Shown here piece by piece: positions 11,231 to 24,208 of a stretch of 64,000 nucleotides of DNA; positions within the stretch are counted from its first letter, which is position 1; every line of letters starts with the position of its first letter. The stretch comes from Bispira polyomma (taxonomy: Eukaryota). The notes beneath the pieces were generated by a model. It was not told where the DNA came from and made no database searches. It saw only the letters and a program-made list of their open reading frames with translations. A program made the translations under genes and the position numbers. The stretch spans positions 59,644,001 to 59,708,000 of the forward strand of contig OZ287755.1 of NCBI GenBank assembly GCA_965649765.1, in the 5' to 3' direction.

Positions 11231-11929
11231 AAATACACTTAATACACAACGGTTTGTGTACCATTCCATCTTTTGTGCTCTTTAGTGCTCTTTCATTCAG
11301 TGTAATTCTTTGGTTTAATGCATTGAAGGTTATTCATTCCCTTGTTCTTTAGTGTTCTGGTACATCTCAAGGTTTTAACATGGTTCGATTGAACTAAGTC
11401 AAGTGATTAAATTAAAATTAAATAGGATTTGGCAGTTTACAGACAAATGTGATTGTTTATAATGAATTCCATCAGAGAACTAACTTTGTTGTTAGTGCTG
11501 TATAGGTCGTGTGTGGAGTATTTGTGTGACAAGGAATAATGTCCTTCTGGCACTGTGTATTATTGTACCATGTAAGTCCACCATTTGTTGGTGGTATGTT
11601 AATTTATGCAGTGTATTGGAATATTGAGAAGATTAATTAAGCAGAGTCCAAATTGTCTATGTTAATAAAGTAAAAAAATAACTGATATTACTACTTTAAA
11701 AATAGAGACAAAAAGAGACAAAACGAAATACATACAGCTACACTTATCTAAGAAGCAGGCTTAGAATTTACTCAAATCGTTAATATTTGTAACAAAAACA
11801 TGACAACAATTGTGACAGACAAAATATATTAACTAACATTATCAAGTTGTTTGTTGCAACATTAAGGAAATAGACAATGGATTATCACAAAGAGTGTCTT
11901 AAATTTGTGTGGAATATGTGGTAACTTAT

Positions 11930-12707
11930 TCCAATTCCACATACTTTCTGATAAGGATGTTCTTAAACTCATGAAATTCTTTCCTATTAAATTTTGTGAA
12001 CTAGATCCGTCCCAGCCATTATTCTTAATCAATCCCTAGACATTCTAATCACACCCATAACCAAGATATAATTTTTTTTTAAACTTTGGGATGATATTTT
12101 CAACACTTGTTTTAAAACAGCCAATGCTACACCTTCGCTAAGACAAAAACTAGACAAAACCAGCTTAAAAACTACAGACCAACTACAGTGTCAAGTCTCA
12201 ACTTTATCTCTCAACTCATCAAGAACAACACTTAAGTGCCAACGACACTGAAGTCTATATCTCTATCAACCCTCAAAATATACATAAAATATTGATCTAC
12301 TTATTCACTGTCTTTCCTCTGTCCAGGCTTGGATGAACTACTCCAAATTGAAATAAAATCCCGACAAAATTGAATTTTTTTCTCATTGGAAATCAGAAAC
12401 ACAGTGACCTCTTAAAATCACTACTCCCCATTTCCATTCTGGGTAAAGACATACTACCTTTCGAAAGAGGCAAAAACCAAGGTGTCACTTTCAAACCTGC
12501 CTTTTTGTTTGAAACTCTTATTGTCAACATCTGTTGCTCCTGTTATTACCACGTACTTGACATTAAAATATATTAAAATATATAGCTATAGCTGTGGCAA
12601 ATGCCCTTGTCGCCTTGACTATTGTAACTCCATATTGCTTGGAGTAAACAAGTCATAGATTGAAAAGCTCCAGTCCAGTCGAAACTATCTATGAGTTATT
12701 TTACTAC
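11930..12707 (+). mobile_element. Decayed L2 LINE (family A), 5' part, interrupted by a Helentron-type element
   Basis: Collinear, with deletions, with 38860-40060 (TGTGAACTAGATCC, CTAGACATTCTA.TCACACCCATAAC, TGGATGAACTACTCCAAA, GCAAATGCCCTTG). Confidence 0.85.
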
Positions 12708-14263
12708 AAGAGGGTAGTGGTCGCTGAAGCGGCCACAAATCTCGGAGACGTGTGTGTTTGTGGCACCCTGTCTACCTAAAAGTAAAATAAACCATTATTA
12801 TCTGTCTGTTACCCTATAAGTTACAAAAAATATATATATCTGTCGACCTGTCTACCTATAACCTAAAAACCAATTCTCTTTCTGTTGACCCGTTTACCAA
12901 TAACTTACCAAAAATATTATCTGTCAATCTATTGACCTGTCTGTCTAAAAGTAAAATTTAAAAAAATTATCTGTCAACTTATAAATTACAAAAAAAGATT
13001 GTCTGTCGACCTGACAACTAATAACTTGAAAAGAATTATTATCTGTCTATCTGTCTGTTGATTTGTCAACCTGTCTATCTAAAAGTCAAATTGAAAAAAA
13101 TTGCCCAACTTGTTTATACAAAACGTTTCATATTTTTCTCACAGTTTTTACTTCATAAAATATTACATTACACTAATTAAACAGTACTTTTACAAACGCC
13201 ATTTTATTTCGTATTTTGACAATTTTATATATGTAATATGTGTATAAGTGCAATATTTTGGTCACATTATTTCACAGATCTTTCGAGCTGCCAGTTTTAC
13301 AAAAGTTCAATGGAAATGTCATTCTTAACAACAAATTAAATATAATTACAAAGAATAAATACTTTTGCATCTTCTGTCAAAATGTGAGGCCATTATTTAG
13401 ATTGTTAAAAGCAAGTACATATCCATCATGACAGTATTTTCACTATAAACCGTTTATTATCGCCCACTTCCTGGTCACGTTTTAGACGAAACTTCGCCTC
13501 ATGTGTTAACTAAAACATATTCCAGCGAGGGAGGTAGTTTTGAAAGCCGAGTACCCAAAGAAAACTCTCCAAATATGATGAGAACGTAGGCGAAAATGGA
13601 AGGAGTTCGGAGACTTTGCCTCGCCTCGTGTGTTAATAAAATATATTCTAGCGAGATAGGAAGTTTTAAAAGCTGAGTACTCAACCAAAATGCCCCAAAA
13701 GTGATAAGAACGTAAGCGATTTGCAAGCCGCTTGTGTCAAATAAAATGTGAGATGTATATGAAAAGTGATGACGTCAACACAGAAATGCTAGTACCGAGT
13801 ATCTGAAATACTTAAAAATAAAAAAAAAGACTGTAGTGTTGCACCGTCTAGCGGTCATAACCAAAGCTAAGAGGCGTGCGTTCTCACAAGCTAGAAGCAG
13901 AACTTAAAGAAATAGCAGTTCCCGTCAGTTGGTGTATATATTATCGTATATATATCCCACACCCTAGTCTTTGTCACATATATATATACCTATTGAAACC
14001 TACGAATCTAACTGGCCCCACTAAATATGGACACAACAAATTATGCGGTAATTGTGAGGTCAAAAGTTAAATCTTATTTTACAAACAAAATAAAAAAATA
14101 AATATATATATTAATGCCTCTGACACGTCCTTAGTACCAACCACATGTAATGCCGAAAACTGAATTAAAATAATGGACGAACCTGGTAGAAAGTGCTGTC
14201 TACAGACCAAAAACATCTATCTCCTACATGATCTCGGAGGGCTCCGCCCCTCCGAGATAAAAA
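12708..14263 (-). mobile_element. Non-autonomous Helentron-type element (HINE/DINE-1-like), copy A
   Basis: On the minus strand: 5' T-run, then the palindrome ATCTCGGAGG..CCTCCGAGAT (14231-14258); 3' sub-terminal repeat CTCCGAGAT (12739-12747) followed by a short stem-loop. Contains CTGT/CTAT-rich repeats (12770-13090) and a ~120-bp tandem dimer (13493-13745). No TSD. Confidence 0.8.
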
Positions 14264-14670
14264 CTACACTGGCTTCCCATTCACTACAGAATTTGATTTA
14301 AAATTCATGTAACCCCACTTAATGATGTAGTCACTGAACAACCCTCCTACCTCACTTCTCTTCTCGCTTTTAGCAATGTGAAGAGAGGCAATAGACTTTC
14401 CGTTTCCTCTATGTTAAATTCACCCGGAAGGCTGGATCCAGAGCTTTCTCCACTGCAGCTCTCTCCTTGTGCAAAACAGTCTCCCAGTCGACCTCAAGTC
14501 ATTTTTCATTTATCGGTTTTAAGAAAAAACTTAAAACGTATCTTTCTAACCTTGCTTACCCACCCTAGTTCCCTCCTGTACACCCTACATATTTCCTTAC
14601 AACCTTGCTATGTCCATGGACTACACGATTGACTGACTGATTCTGTTGTAGCACTTTAGAAGATGCCTAT
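14264..14670 (+). mobile_element. Decayed L2 LINE (family A), 3' part, continuing from 11930-12707
   Basis: Resumes at the KLHWLPI coding remnant and ends with GCACTTTAGAAGATGCC. Confidence 0.85.
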
Positions 14671-15083
14671 TCACTTTGTTATGCAGTAAAATAAAGAACT
14701 CTACTTCCTTCGAAGTATGGTTACCATCTATCTACAGCCAAATGAAAAGCCTATCAAAACGAGCATTTTTTTTATTAAAATATAAAAATTACATAAAGAC
14801 AGTCAAATAATTCAATTTGATAACAATGATTTTGTTTGGAGGAAACATTTATTAGATATTATCAAGTTTACCATTTTAGGTACCATTGTGTAAAACTCGC
14901 ACTTTTGGCAGATATATGTATATCTTAAACATTGCATTCATAATGTTGAAATCTAGATTTCAACACAGAAGTTTGATAGAAATCAATTACAAAACTACAT
15001 TGATCAAATTTAAATATGAACTTTAACTATACTGAAACATTTTACATTTGATATCACAAAGCCAGAAAACAAAAAATTCTTAC

Positions 15084-15123
15084 TTATAAGACATGAACAT
15101 GGAGCAAATCTCAGTAGTTCCAT
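15084..15123 (-). CDS. Candidate first coding exon (MELLRFAPCSCLI) of the surface-protein gene
   Basis: aaaATGG context, gtaaga donor, TATATA ~115 bp upstream. Its phase-1 end joins in frame only with the internal acceptor at 7437. Confidence 0.4.
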
Positions 15124-15235
15124 TTTGTCTGTTATATTTCCACAGAGTTACAATCATGTATGGGAAGAAGCACCAGTGATGTATACACTTTAGTGACCAG
15201 AAAGATTCTCCTGAAATCCACTGAACTTCTTTAAG

Positions 15236-15243
15236 CTATATAA
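15236..15243 (-). promoter_or_regulatory. Candidate TATA box
   Basis: TTATATAG on the minus strand, followed by a TCAGT Inr-like motif, upstream of the candidate first exon. Confidence 0.3.
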
Positions 15244-15289
15244 GAATTTAAGTTATGCCCTTTGGGACCACATTAGTGAATTTGAATTA

Positions 15290-16245
15290 TGACCAAGAAA
15301 CGTGTTTACAACTGTTGGTGTTAGTTACCAATACTGCTTTGTAATCCTTTTGTACTGTTGTCACCATGTTGTTGCTAAAACAGCCAACAAACAAATATTA
15401 GCATAAACTAATGATATACATTGAGTTGTTACTTGATCTTTGAATTGGGATATTTAACGTGCACTCTAGTACCTGTTTAGGTTATATTGGGACGGATAGT
15501 TGGAAATGCTGGAGGAAGCACTGCATACAGTTGATCAAGGCTCTGGATTGAAACCAGTGGCCCACAATAAGAAAAGTTACAGAAATCTGTTTCATGAATG
15601 AAGAATTACTGAAGCAATATCTATAGAATGAAATCATCATGGATAATAAGTTTCTATGTAGGGTAGCTATCCTTGATGTAGCTTGAGATTTAGATGATCC
15701 CTTCTCATAGTATCATATGTTTAGTTGCAGGAGACCTTCAAATTCAATTTAGGCAGGGTAGTCAATCCTTGATGTAGTGTAGCCTTGTAATTACAAAAAC
15801 CTCTGTCAGCACAATTACAACCTTGAATCCATGCATGTTGGATTGCTTTAATTTTATCCTTCAAAATGTTTATTTATGCCTCAACAATATATATTTAATT
15901 GCTCTGTATATAAATGTCCTTGCTAATGAAAGGCACTATCAAAACAGAGATGACAAATCAGTTAGCATACTAATTATTATGTCTTTCCAAGAAGTATAAA
16001 ATTCAGATAACCATGGATTATGAGACATTATTCAGCCCCAGTTTGTAAACACACACATACAATATATAACTGATAATGATTTGTCCTTCAAAGCAGTTTA
16101 TCCAATATCCAATCTTGAGATCTTGAATATTCAATATTGGCAGAAAACCAAATAATTATATATCATGGCCTTTTTATTGTAAGCATGTCTCTGAATAAAA
16201 TCTGTTGCAATACAGGATACAAATACATTTGTGGAGACTGTGAGT
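15290..16245 (+). repeat. Duplicated blocks P+Q (copy 2), with a SINE insertion
   Basis: Collinear with 8447-9050 and 10940-11230. Confidence 0.85.
15441..15568 (-). mobile_element. SINE 3' half (same family as 54860-55084)
   Basis: The reverse complement matches 54950-55078 (CCTTGATCAACTGTATGCAGTG...CCGTCCCAATATAACCTAAACAGGTACTAGAGTG.ACGTTAAATATCCCAATTCAA). Confidence 0.85.
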
Positions 16246-16319
16246 GCTTATTATTGTAAATGCTGATAGCAAAAATTAACCAATTTTCAGATTATCAACT
16301 TATAAACAGTTCTGATAGT

Positions 16320-17920
16320 CCAATATTCATTTAGGATCTATCAATATCATTGTCAATTACTCACTCAGGGAGGGCAGTTTTCCAAAGTGCTTTAAGACTG
16401 CTCATGTCATCCCTTTACTCAAGAAACCCAGCCTGGACAGAAACATTCTAAAAAACTACAGACTGGTGTCAAACCTCAGTTTTATTTTAAAACATATTGA
16501 GAAAGTCGTGGCTAAACAGCTAAATGAATTGATCTCCCAAGAAGGTATTGCAAATGCTAACCAATCTGCATACAGGAGCACCCACTCCACAGAGACGGCT
16601 CTACTTAACATTCAAAATGACAAAGCTACGTCAGTGGACACGGGAAATGCAGTGGCCCTTACATTACTGGACCTCTCTGCAGCTTTTGACACCATCGATC
16701 ACTCCATTTTATATGACTGTTTGACAGACTAGTTTGGAATTGATGGCACTGTATTACTGTGGATCAAATCCTATCTCTTAGACAGAAAACAAAAAATCAA
16801 AATTGGTAGCAGTTTTTCTGGGGTCTTTTTTCTCCCCTTCGGTGTTCCTCAAGGTTCTGTCTTAGGTCCTCTGCTTTTTACCCTCTACACTACCCCTCTC
16901 AGTCAAGTTATTTCAAAGTTTAATGTTACCCATCACCTGTATGCTGATGACACACAGATATACTAAGCACTGGACTCCAGGAACTTTGACTCAAGTATTG
17001 CTGAGCTCACTGACTGTTTAAATCAGTCCAGGAGTGAATGGATTGTGCAAAATTAAAACTCAACCCAGATAAAGAGAGTTCATTATTATGAACCCAGAGT
17101 TCATTATTATAGGTAACAAACTCACCACAGAGTCACTTACACCAAAATTTCCTATTTCATTCGTCCAAAACAATATCACTCCCTCAGCAGGAGTAAAAAA
17201 CATGGGTGTCATCTTCGACTCGGACAACTCCTTTAACAACCATATTGCCAAGGTTTGCCGTGCCTGTTAACTATCATCTACGTGACATGCGACGAATTTG
17301 TAGATTCCTCAGTGTTGATACTGAAGTTCTGGTGCCAAATGCAATGCTCAGTAGTCGCTTGGACTACTGCAACTCTTTACTATATGGGGTCAGTAAGGCT
17401 AATATTGCCAAACTTCAGAGAGTCCAAAAAGCTCTCGGTCGCATTGTTTACAGGCTTGACAGATTCAGTCATATCCCCCCCTACCTTCAAAAACTCCACT
17501 GGCTTCCCATTGAACATCGCATCCTTTTCAAGTACACCCTGCTGGTTTTCAAGGCTATTAACTATTCCCAACCTCCCAGTCTATCCTCTTTAATTAAGTC
17601 CAGCAGCCTCACTCGTGGAAATAGACTTTTGGTTCACTTCGCCCTAAACGACAAATAGGAAGGCGCAGCTTTGCTTTTGCTGCACCGGCAGAATGGAACA
17701 GGTTGCCACAAAATGTCAGATCACAGCAGATAATATCAGGTTTTCGAAGCCAGCTCAAGACTCACTTGTGGCATATCCCCCACCTTAGTTACTCCCTGGT
17801 TGGCGCTCACTTGGTAATGACCTTTGCTTGATAATTCACAATCCCTTTTTGGACTTCAGCGCATTAGAGTATTTTTTATCAATTTTGCGCTATATAAATG
17901 TTTCTATTATTATTATTAAT
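16320..17920 (+). mobile_element. 5'-truncated L2/CR1-group LINE (family B), RT region to 3' tail
   Basis: NYRLVSNLSFI, QSAYRSTHSTETALL, LLDLSAAFDTIDH, GVPQGSVLGP, YADDTQ, SRLDYCNSLL, LHWLPI; stops and frameshifts; (TAT)n tail at 17906-17920. Confidence 0.95.
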
Positions 17921-17943
17921 ATGAATATAATATATTAACACTA

Positions 17944-19258
17944 ACCTCTCACACACTGACAGTCCCTGTACCACACAGACATGTCACACACTGACCACAG
18001 TCCCTGTACCACACACACCTCTCACACACTGACCCAAGTCTCTGTACCACACACACCCGTCACACACTGACCACAGTCCCTGTACCACACTGACCTCTCA
18101 CACAAAAAACCCCAGTCCCTGTACCACACTGACCTCTCACACACTGACCCCAGTCCCTGTACCACACAGACATGTCACACACAAACCACAGTCCCTGTAC
18201 CACACACACCTATGACACACTGACCCTAGTCCCTGTACCACACAGACCTCTCACACACTGACCCCAGTCCTTGTACTACACTGACCTCTCACATACTGAC
18301 CCCAGTCCCTGTACCACACACACCCGTCACACACTGACCACAGTCCCTGTACCACACTGACCTCTCACACAAAAAAACCCAGTCCCTGTACCACACTGAC
18401 CTCTCACACACTGACCCCAGTCCCTGTACCACACAGACATGTCACGCACAAACCACAGTCCCTGTACCACACACACCTATGACACACTGACCCTAGTCCC
18501 TGTACCACACAGACCTCTCACACACTGACCCCAGTCCCTGTACCACAGAGACCTGTCACACACTGACCCAAGTCCCTGTACCACACACACCCGTCACACA
18601 CTGACCACAGTCCCTGTACCACACTGACCTCTCACACAAAAAACCCCAGTCCCTGTACCACACTGACCTCTCACACACTGACCCCAGTCCCTGTACCACA
18701 CAGACATGTCACACACAAACCACAGTCCCTGTACCACACACACCTATGACACACTGACCCTAGTCCCTGTACCACACAGACCTCTCACACACTGACCCCA
18801 GTCCTTGTACTACACTGACCTCTCACATACTGACCCCAGTCCCTGTACCACACAGAGATGTCACACACTGACCCCAGTCCCTGTACCACAGAGACCTGTC
18901 ACACACTGACCCAAGTCCCTGTACCACACACACCCGTCACACACTGACCCCAGTCCCTGTACCACACACACACCCGTCACACACTGACCACAGTCCCTGT
19001 ACCACACTGACCTCTCACACAAAAACCCCAGACCCTGTACCACACACACCTATGACACACTGACCCCAGTCCCTGTACCACACAGACCTCTCACACACTG
19101 ACCCCAGTCCTTGTACCACACTGACCTCTCACATACTGACCCCAGTCCCTGTACCACACTCACCTGTCACACACTGACCCCAGTCCCTGTACCACACTGA
19201 CCTCTCACACACTGACCCCAGTCCCTGTACCGCACTGACCTCTAACATACTGACCCCA
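17944..19258. repeat. ~38-bp minisatellite (~34 copies; CACACACTGACCCCAGTCCCTGTACCACACAGACCTCT) with a 7-monomer higher-order repeat
   Basis: Tandem units read directly; the AAAAA-containing variant recurs at ~18104, 18371, 18638 and 19021. Confidence 0.95.
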
Positions 19259-19319
19259 GAATTTAATGCGAATTAAGAAACCTGACGACAAGGAAGAAAA
19301 TGGTGTCAATAGATGGACG

Positions 19320-19540
19320 AGACCAGGAATGACTGGAAACCATTTGTAAATGTGTAGGTGATACTTGTAAATGATAGTGAAGCAATTTGTCTTCACATAA
19401 ATGTCCTTGTAATTACAAGGCACACGCTGTCAAAACAAAGCTGATCATATGGTAACATTTATTCTCATACCAATCTTAATTTCTTTTCTCAGGTTTCAAT
19501 CACCTTGGATTATGATACACTGTTAAATTCCTGAACTACT
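19320..19540 (+). repeat. Duplicated block Q (copy 3)
   Basis: Close match to 10866-11060. Confidence 0.9.
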
Positions 19541-20143
19541 ATATTATAGTGATTATGATTGCAATTTAAATTGCACTGTCATCTTCCTATCGCAAATTCA
19601 ATGTGTTTATTTTCTGACTGCCTTACTTGCTAACATATTACATGTCCTTAAATCTACTAGTCACATTAATGAATATGCAAATTACAAGGATTCTTACTGA
19701 ATACAGATCTATTATGCTCACATAGAAGACATATATATAGAGAGACATTATCGTTTAAGACACCACAGCCTGTAATAATTGTCTCAGTATAAAGCCTGGC
19801 AGGGTGATTATTCAATTCAGCAGGTGATGCAATCTTTAATGATGGACAGTCTTAAAAAAGGATAGTTTTTTTTAATTGTATACAGAACGAAATGCAATTT
19901 CTGAAGCAAAGGCTTTTGTGTAAACGCAGACCAGCATGGCATACAACTCTATGTAGATTGTTTTGAATTTGTGCAGGTTGTTTATTTGCCCCTGGTACCA
20001 TACAGTAATGAGTTGCATTAATCGAGTTGACTTGCCAGCAGGCCATTTGCAATTTTAACAACATTTTCCGAATTGACTGTATCGAAAGTGCCGGTGAAGT
20101 CATGAAGGGTTAGGGCAACTACACCATTTCTAACGAAGACCAG

Positions 20144-20250
20144 GGGCCGTATTCACGAAAGGTCTTAGCCAGGGCTTAGGCTTAAATCTAGCACAAAAGT
20201 ATACTGATTTAAGCCTAAGCCCTGGCTAAGACCTTTCGTGAATACAGCCC
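20144..20250. mobile_element. 107-bp palindromic MITE with CAG target-site duplication (PIF/Harbinger-type)
   Basis: ~45-bp arms GGGCCGTATTCACGAAAGGTCTTAGCCAGGGCTTAGGCTTAAATC and its reverse complement (1 mismatch); CAG at 20141-20143 and 20251-20253. Confidence 0.9.
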
Positions 20251-20254
20251 CAGG

Positions 20255-20630
20255 TGTAATATCATTGGTAATTTTAAGTTGTGCTGTTTCAGTTGAATGA
20301 AATTTTCTGAGGGGCTGATTGGTGTGATTTTTCCATATGGTTGGTAAACAAGTGTTCATCTATTAGAAGTACAACAGCTTTTACAATCAACTTTTGATTT
20401 GATACTGACCTGTAATTTTCAAGATAATTTTATCATATTGTGGCTTTTTGAGCAGAGAGGTAACACAGGTTTGAAAAAATGACTTTTTAAAGCAGCCCTC
20501 TTGAAGTGACTAGTTTGTTATGTTTGTGATTGGAGTCAGTAGAACACCAATACAATCCTTAAGTAAGGAAGTAGGGATTGGGTGCAGTTCACATTGTTTG
20601 GGTGGGGATAAAGTTATGATATTGAGGACT
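20255..20630 (-). mobile_element. L2 LINE RT fragment
   Basis: RKFHSTETAQLKITNDI in ORF 20165..20359; upstream remnants of CELHPIP and LENYRSVS. Confidence 0.75.
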
Positions 20631-20689
20631 TCAACTTTGGAATTATATATACAATGAAACGTATCACTGTGAATGTGTATATAAAATAT

Positions 20690-21010
20690 AAAATTTCCAC
20701 TGTTTTAGTGTCATTTCTAAACAAATATTCCAAACAGAAAATTCATTAAAAAAATGTGGGTAATATAAAATATCAACCTGAAACAATGTTTTGGTACATA
20801 AAACTCGATTTTTAGTACTTTCTAAACATGTGTTTAAAGTTGTGACGTAATAATGGAAGGTTTCGAAACGTAAACAAAGACTACGTGTGGTTGGGGTTGT
20901 TTTAATATTGTCATAGTAAACAAATTAATCCATTAATTGTTTAAAACTTTCGATATATATGGAATATAAGCAATATGCAATGCTATTTTGTACAAAACTT
21001 GATTTTTAGA
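20690..21010. mobile_element. Interspersed repeat (probable non-autonomous DNA transposon), inverted relative to the copy at 1-280
   Basis: 20841-20879 is the reverse complement of ~199-237 (TTGTTTACGTT...AAACCTTCCATTAT.ACGTCACAA), and the flanks are also similar. Confidence 0.6.
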
Positions 21011-21089
21011 GTGGTAGAAGTAAGTAAGCAGAAAAGAAAATTTCTACGTATGTAGTGTTTGGTGAATTTAGAAAACAGATAGGCTTTCT

Positions 21090-21230
21090 ACAAGTTAGGT
21101 CATATCATGCCACCCAGTTTTAATGGTGAAAGAAACCAGTGCTGAAGCGACAAAAAGCACTCCCCGACCTACTACAGGTGCCTCACAAACTCTTCTACAT
21201 GTAGAAACGAAAGGGATTCAGACCCCTTTG
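21090..21230 (-). mobile_element. SINE remnant (Meta-SINE-like)
   Basis: GGTCATATCATG...GAAACCAGT...ACAGGTGCCTCACAAACT...AAAGGGATTCAGACCC; similar to 41800-41950 and 62630-62815. Confidence 0.55.
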
Positions 21231-21234
21231 TATA

Positions 21235-21930
21235 ATTAGGTTTCTTCATACCCCCAAAATTACATTGGCTTTACATTCAATCTGGAATTTTGCTTAAAAT
21301 CCTTGTCATCGCTTTCAAAAAAACTGTCTTACCTTGCTATTTGTCTTTCCTTCAGTAACCTTAAGAGGACAAAAGAGTCATTCTGTTTCTTTTGTAAAAC
21401 CCACCAATAGGCGTGGGTACAAATCTTTTTCAATCAATGCCTCTATGTAAAGGAACAGTCTTCCAATTGGTTGAGCTTAGATCATTAGAAACACTTTGTA
21501 GGTTTAGGAGAAAACTTAAAACCTGTCTCTTAAAACTCATTTACCACCATTAATTCCCTCACTGTACATCTCCACAAAATTCCTTACGACCTAGCTATAG
21601 TTTTTGACTTCCTAATTGGTTAATTGATTATTTTGTTGCACTTTTTAAAATCTCTTACCTCTGACGTACATACAAGACTGGCATACAACAACCTGATATG
21701 TATTTCCCCACTCAAAGGAACCAATCAATCAATTGATCTAAAAACCAAGTTGTAATTCTCCATTGTTCAAAGCTTAAAACCAATCTCTTCAAACTTGTTA
21801 ATTGCCTTTAGTTCCCTCCTTGTATACCGCCACATCCTTGTTTTTGGAACTTCTCAGTTGGGTAAGTTGGTTCTGTTGTTGCGTTACAGAATATGACCCA
21901 CCAATAAGGCACTTCGAAAATGCAAGACAC
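21235..21930 (+). mobile_element. Two decayed L2 3'-end remnants
   Basis: KLHWL and NSLP..LRS remnants; two TAGTTCCCTC...TTCTGTTGTTGC-type 3' UTRs. Confidence 0.7.
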
Positions 21931-22818
21931 AATTCTAGCGGATTTTAAGGTGCACCATCTAAATTGGAAACCATATTTGAACATCCTAAATCAGAAAAAC
22001 GGGTTAACAGAAACAAGACTGTCAATGATTGATAGCAAAAATATTATAGTTGCAAGGTTTTGCCAAATCAAAAGGTTTTAGGTCTGCATTTAAAGCTGGT
22101 GATGGTACAAGGTGTATGTATATCGTAGGGAAGGTCAATTTACAGTTTGATGCATCTACGTGTGAGTCTTTATAATCACTGTCCTCAAGTAGTGAGTCAA
22201 GCAATTCTTATGCAAATGGTTCATGTCACTCTGAGGTACTGGAGAGTAATTAAAGCAAAGTCTAAATGAGCCCTGGACATTGTCAAACATTCATGGGAAA
22301 AAGTTATATGCTGTAATCCAGTAAATATCTTATCTACATTGGGTATAAATCAGATTCAATATGACTAATTGGTATTTTTCTTGAAAGGTAATTTATCCAA
22401 TGCTGATATAAAAACGGGTAGAATAAAATATAAAAATCATGATAATCCAGATCAGCAGTTGATGTTTATTGTCATCAGCATACAATGCTGGTCCACATTG
22501 TGTTTATTAATACTGACAGGGTATTACTTGTAGTGCAATATAAGTCTAACTGACTGATATACAGATCCTTGAAATTATGTTGCACAAAAATGTCTCAATA
22601 AACAAATCATCTGCAAATACAATCATGTATTAATATCAGTAACAAAGGTGTTACTAGTAGATTATCATGCCAATACAAGGTCCATAGATTGACATAAAAT
22701 ATTTCCTATCAGACCCCAGGGATACCAATAACATAAACGGCCCTCAACCTTGCAATCTTTGTTATTCTTGTCATAGAAGTTGATGTTTATCTTATGACAA
22801 GTGTGTTTATGTGTATAT

Positions 22819-22883
22819 AATTTAGTGGAATTTGGTAAGTAACATTGTGTATTTAATTTAGTGGAATTTGGTAAGTAACATTG
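22819..22883. repeat. Short direct duplication (AATTTAGTGGAATTTGGTAAGTAACATTG x2)
   Basis: Two exact ~29-bp copies about 36 bp apart. Confidence 0.85.
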
Positions 22884-24208
22884 GTCTGATTCTGATTCAT
22901 GTTGGGGCTCCTGATAAGCTGCTGGGGTCTTATGACTTATTATATCCTAATTACGACTTATGGTATCTCATATTATATTACATCTGAACATAAAAATACA
23001 TTACATATACACTACAATGGTTTACACGAAATGAATATGGTTACAATTATGGGTGCTTTTAATAATATATATAGTGACATTTTTTTTAATTCTTAATAAC
23101 ATAAATCTTCCTTTGATGTGAATTCTTGTGGTGTGTACATTGTATCGTAGAGATTATCAGGTTTTTTTAATAATTACACACATCAATAATTGTTTACAGT
23201 TACAATAACGAGGGAAGTGACATATGTTGTTGAGTATCTAATAAGGTTTAGCTCAACATAAAATAGGATAAGGATTAGTTATGTTTGAATGTGACATCCA
23301 AAAAGTACAACCGTACAAAATCATATCAATTGCAATATATCGCATCACCATATCAAACTGTGTGTGTGAATATTTACAATAAATAATTTATATAAAAGCT
23401 GGGGGGTATGAAAAGCTATACATATGTGTAACAAGCATGGGAGTACAGGAAACATTATCAAATATGATGTTAATAAATGAGATATTTAAGAGAAATTTAA
23501 TCAGTTGTAATTTTTATAATATAATTACATCTGCCAAGGTTATTTCCCCCCATGTTCATTTGTTGGTTGGTTTCTTTGTTTGCTAGCCAAAGTAGAAGAA
23601 AACCTGAGTTGACCAAACGGTATGGATGGCTACTTTAGCTACAAAACCCAAACTTTAACAGAAAAATAACTTTACAGCGAACTAAAAGTACAGCAAAACC
23701 TTTGGACACCATAGGTTCTTGTTCATTAGATGAAGTCTAATCTTCACACAATCAAATACTCTTTAATTCAAATTCATACACAAATCATAACCTACTTTAT
23801 CTGGTACTGAAAGCATTTTCTTGCAGCCAGCCAACTGTCAGTCAGTAACTGTCATTCACCTAACTGAATGTTCCAAGGCATAAGACCCAATAACAGAAGA
23901 CCACCGCTTTAAATGGCCATCCGAGTGCCAAGGTATCTAACTAAACTTGACTGGAATCAAATTTAGGTCCTCGTTCCTATTAGGGAGTTTGTTATGCACT
24001 AGGCCACAGTGTCAGTACAATGTTAGCATCAGTTCATCCAATTGTTAAAGGCCAAGCAGTAAAGGTCATGTTTAATATGTGAAGTGTGAAAGATGTAGTA
24101 AAACTATAGTTTTGACAGTTTATTTTTACAGATTAGGACATAGTATACAGTGTAAATAGGGTTAAAAGTAGTAAATTTTAAACATAATTTTAAAACACCT
24201 AAGCCAAA

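Noticed and set aside
17944-19423. Cys-rich ORFs 18861..19049 and 19205..19423, and a CRISPR-like appearance
   Set aside because: Translations of a 38-bp minisatellite with no spacers.
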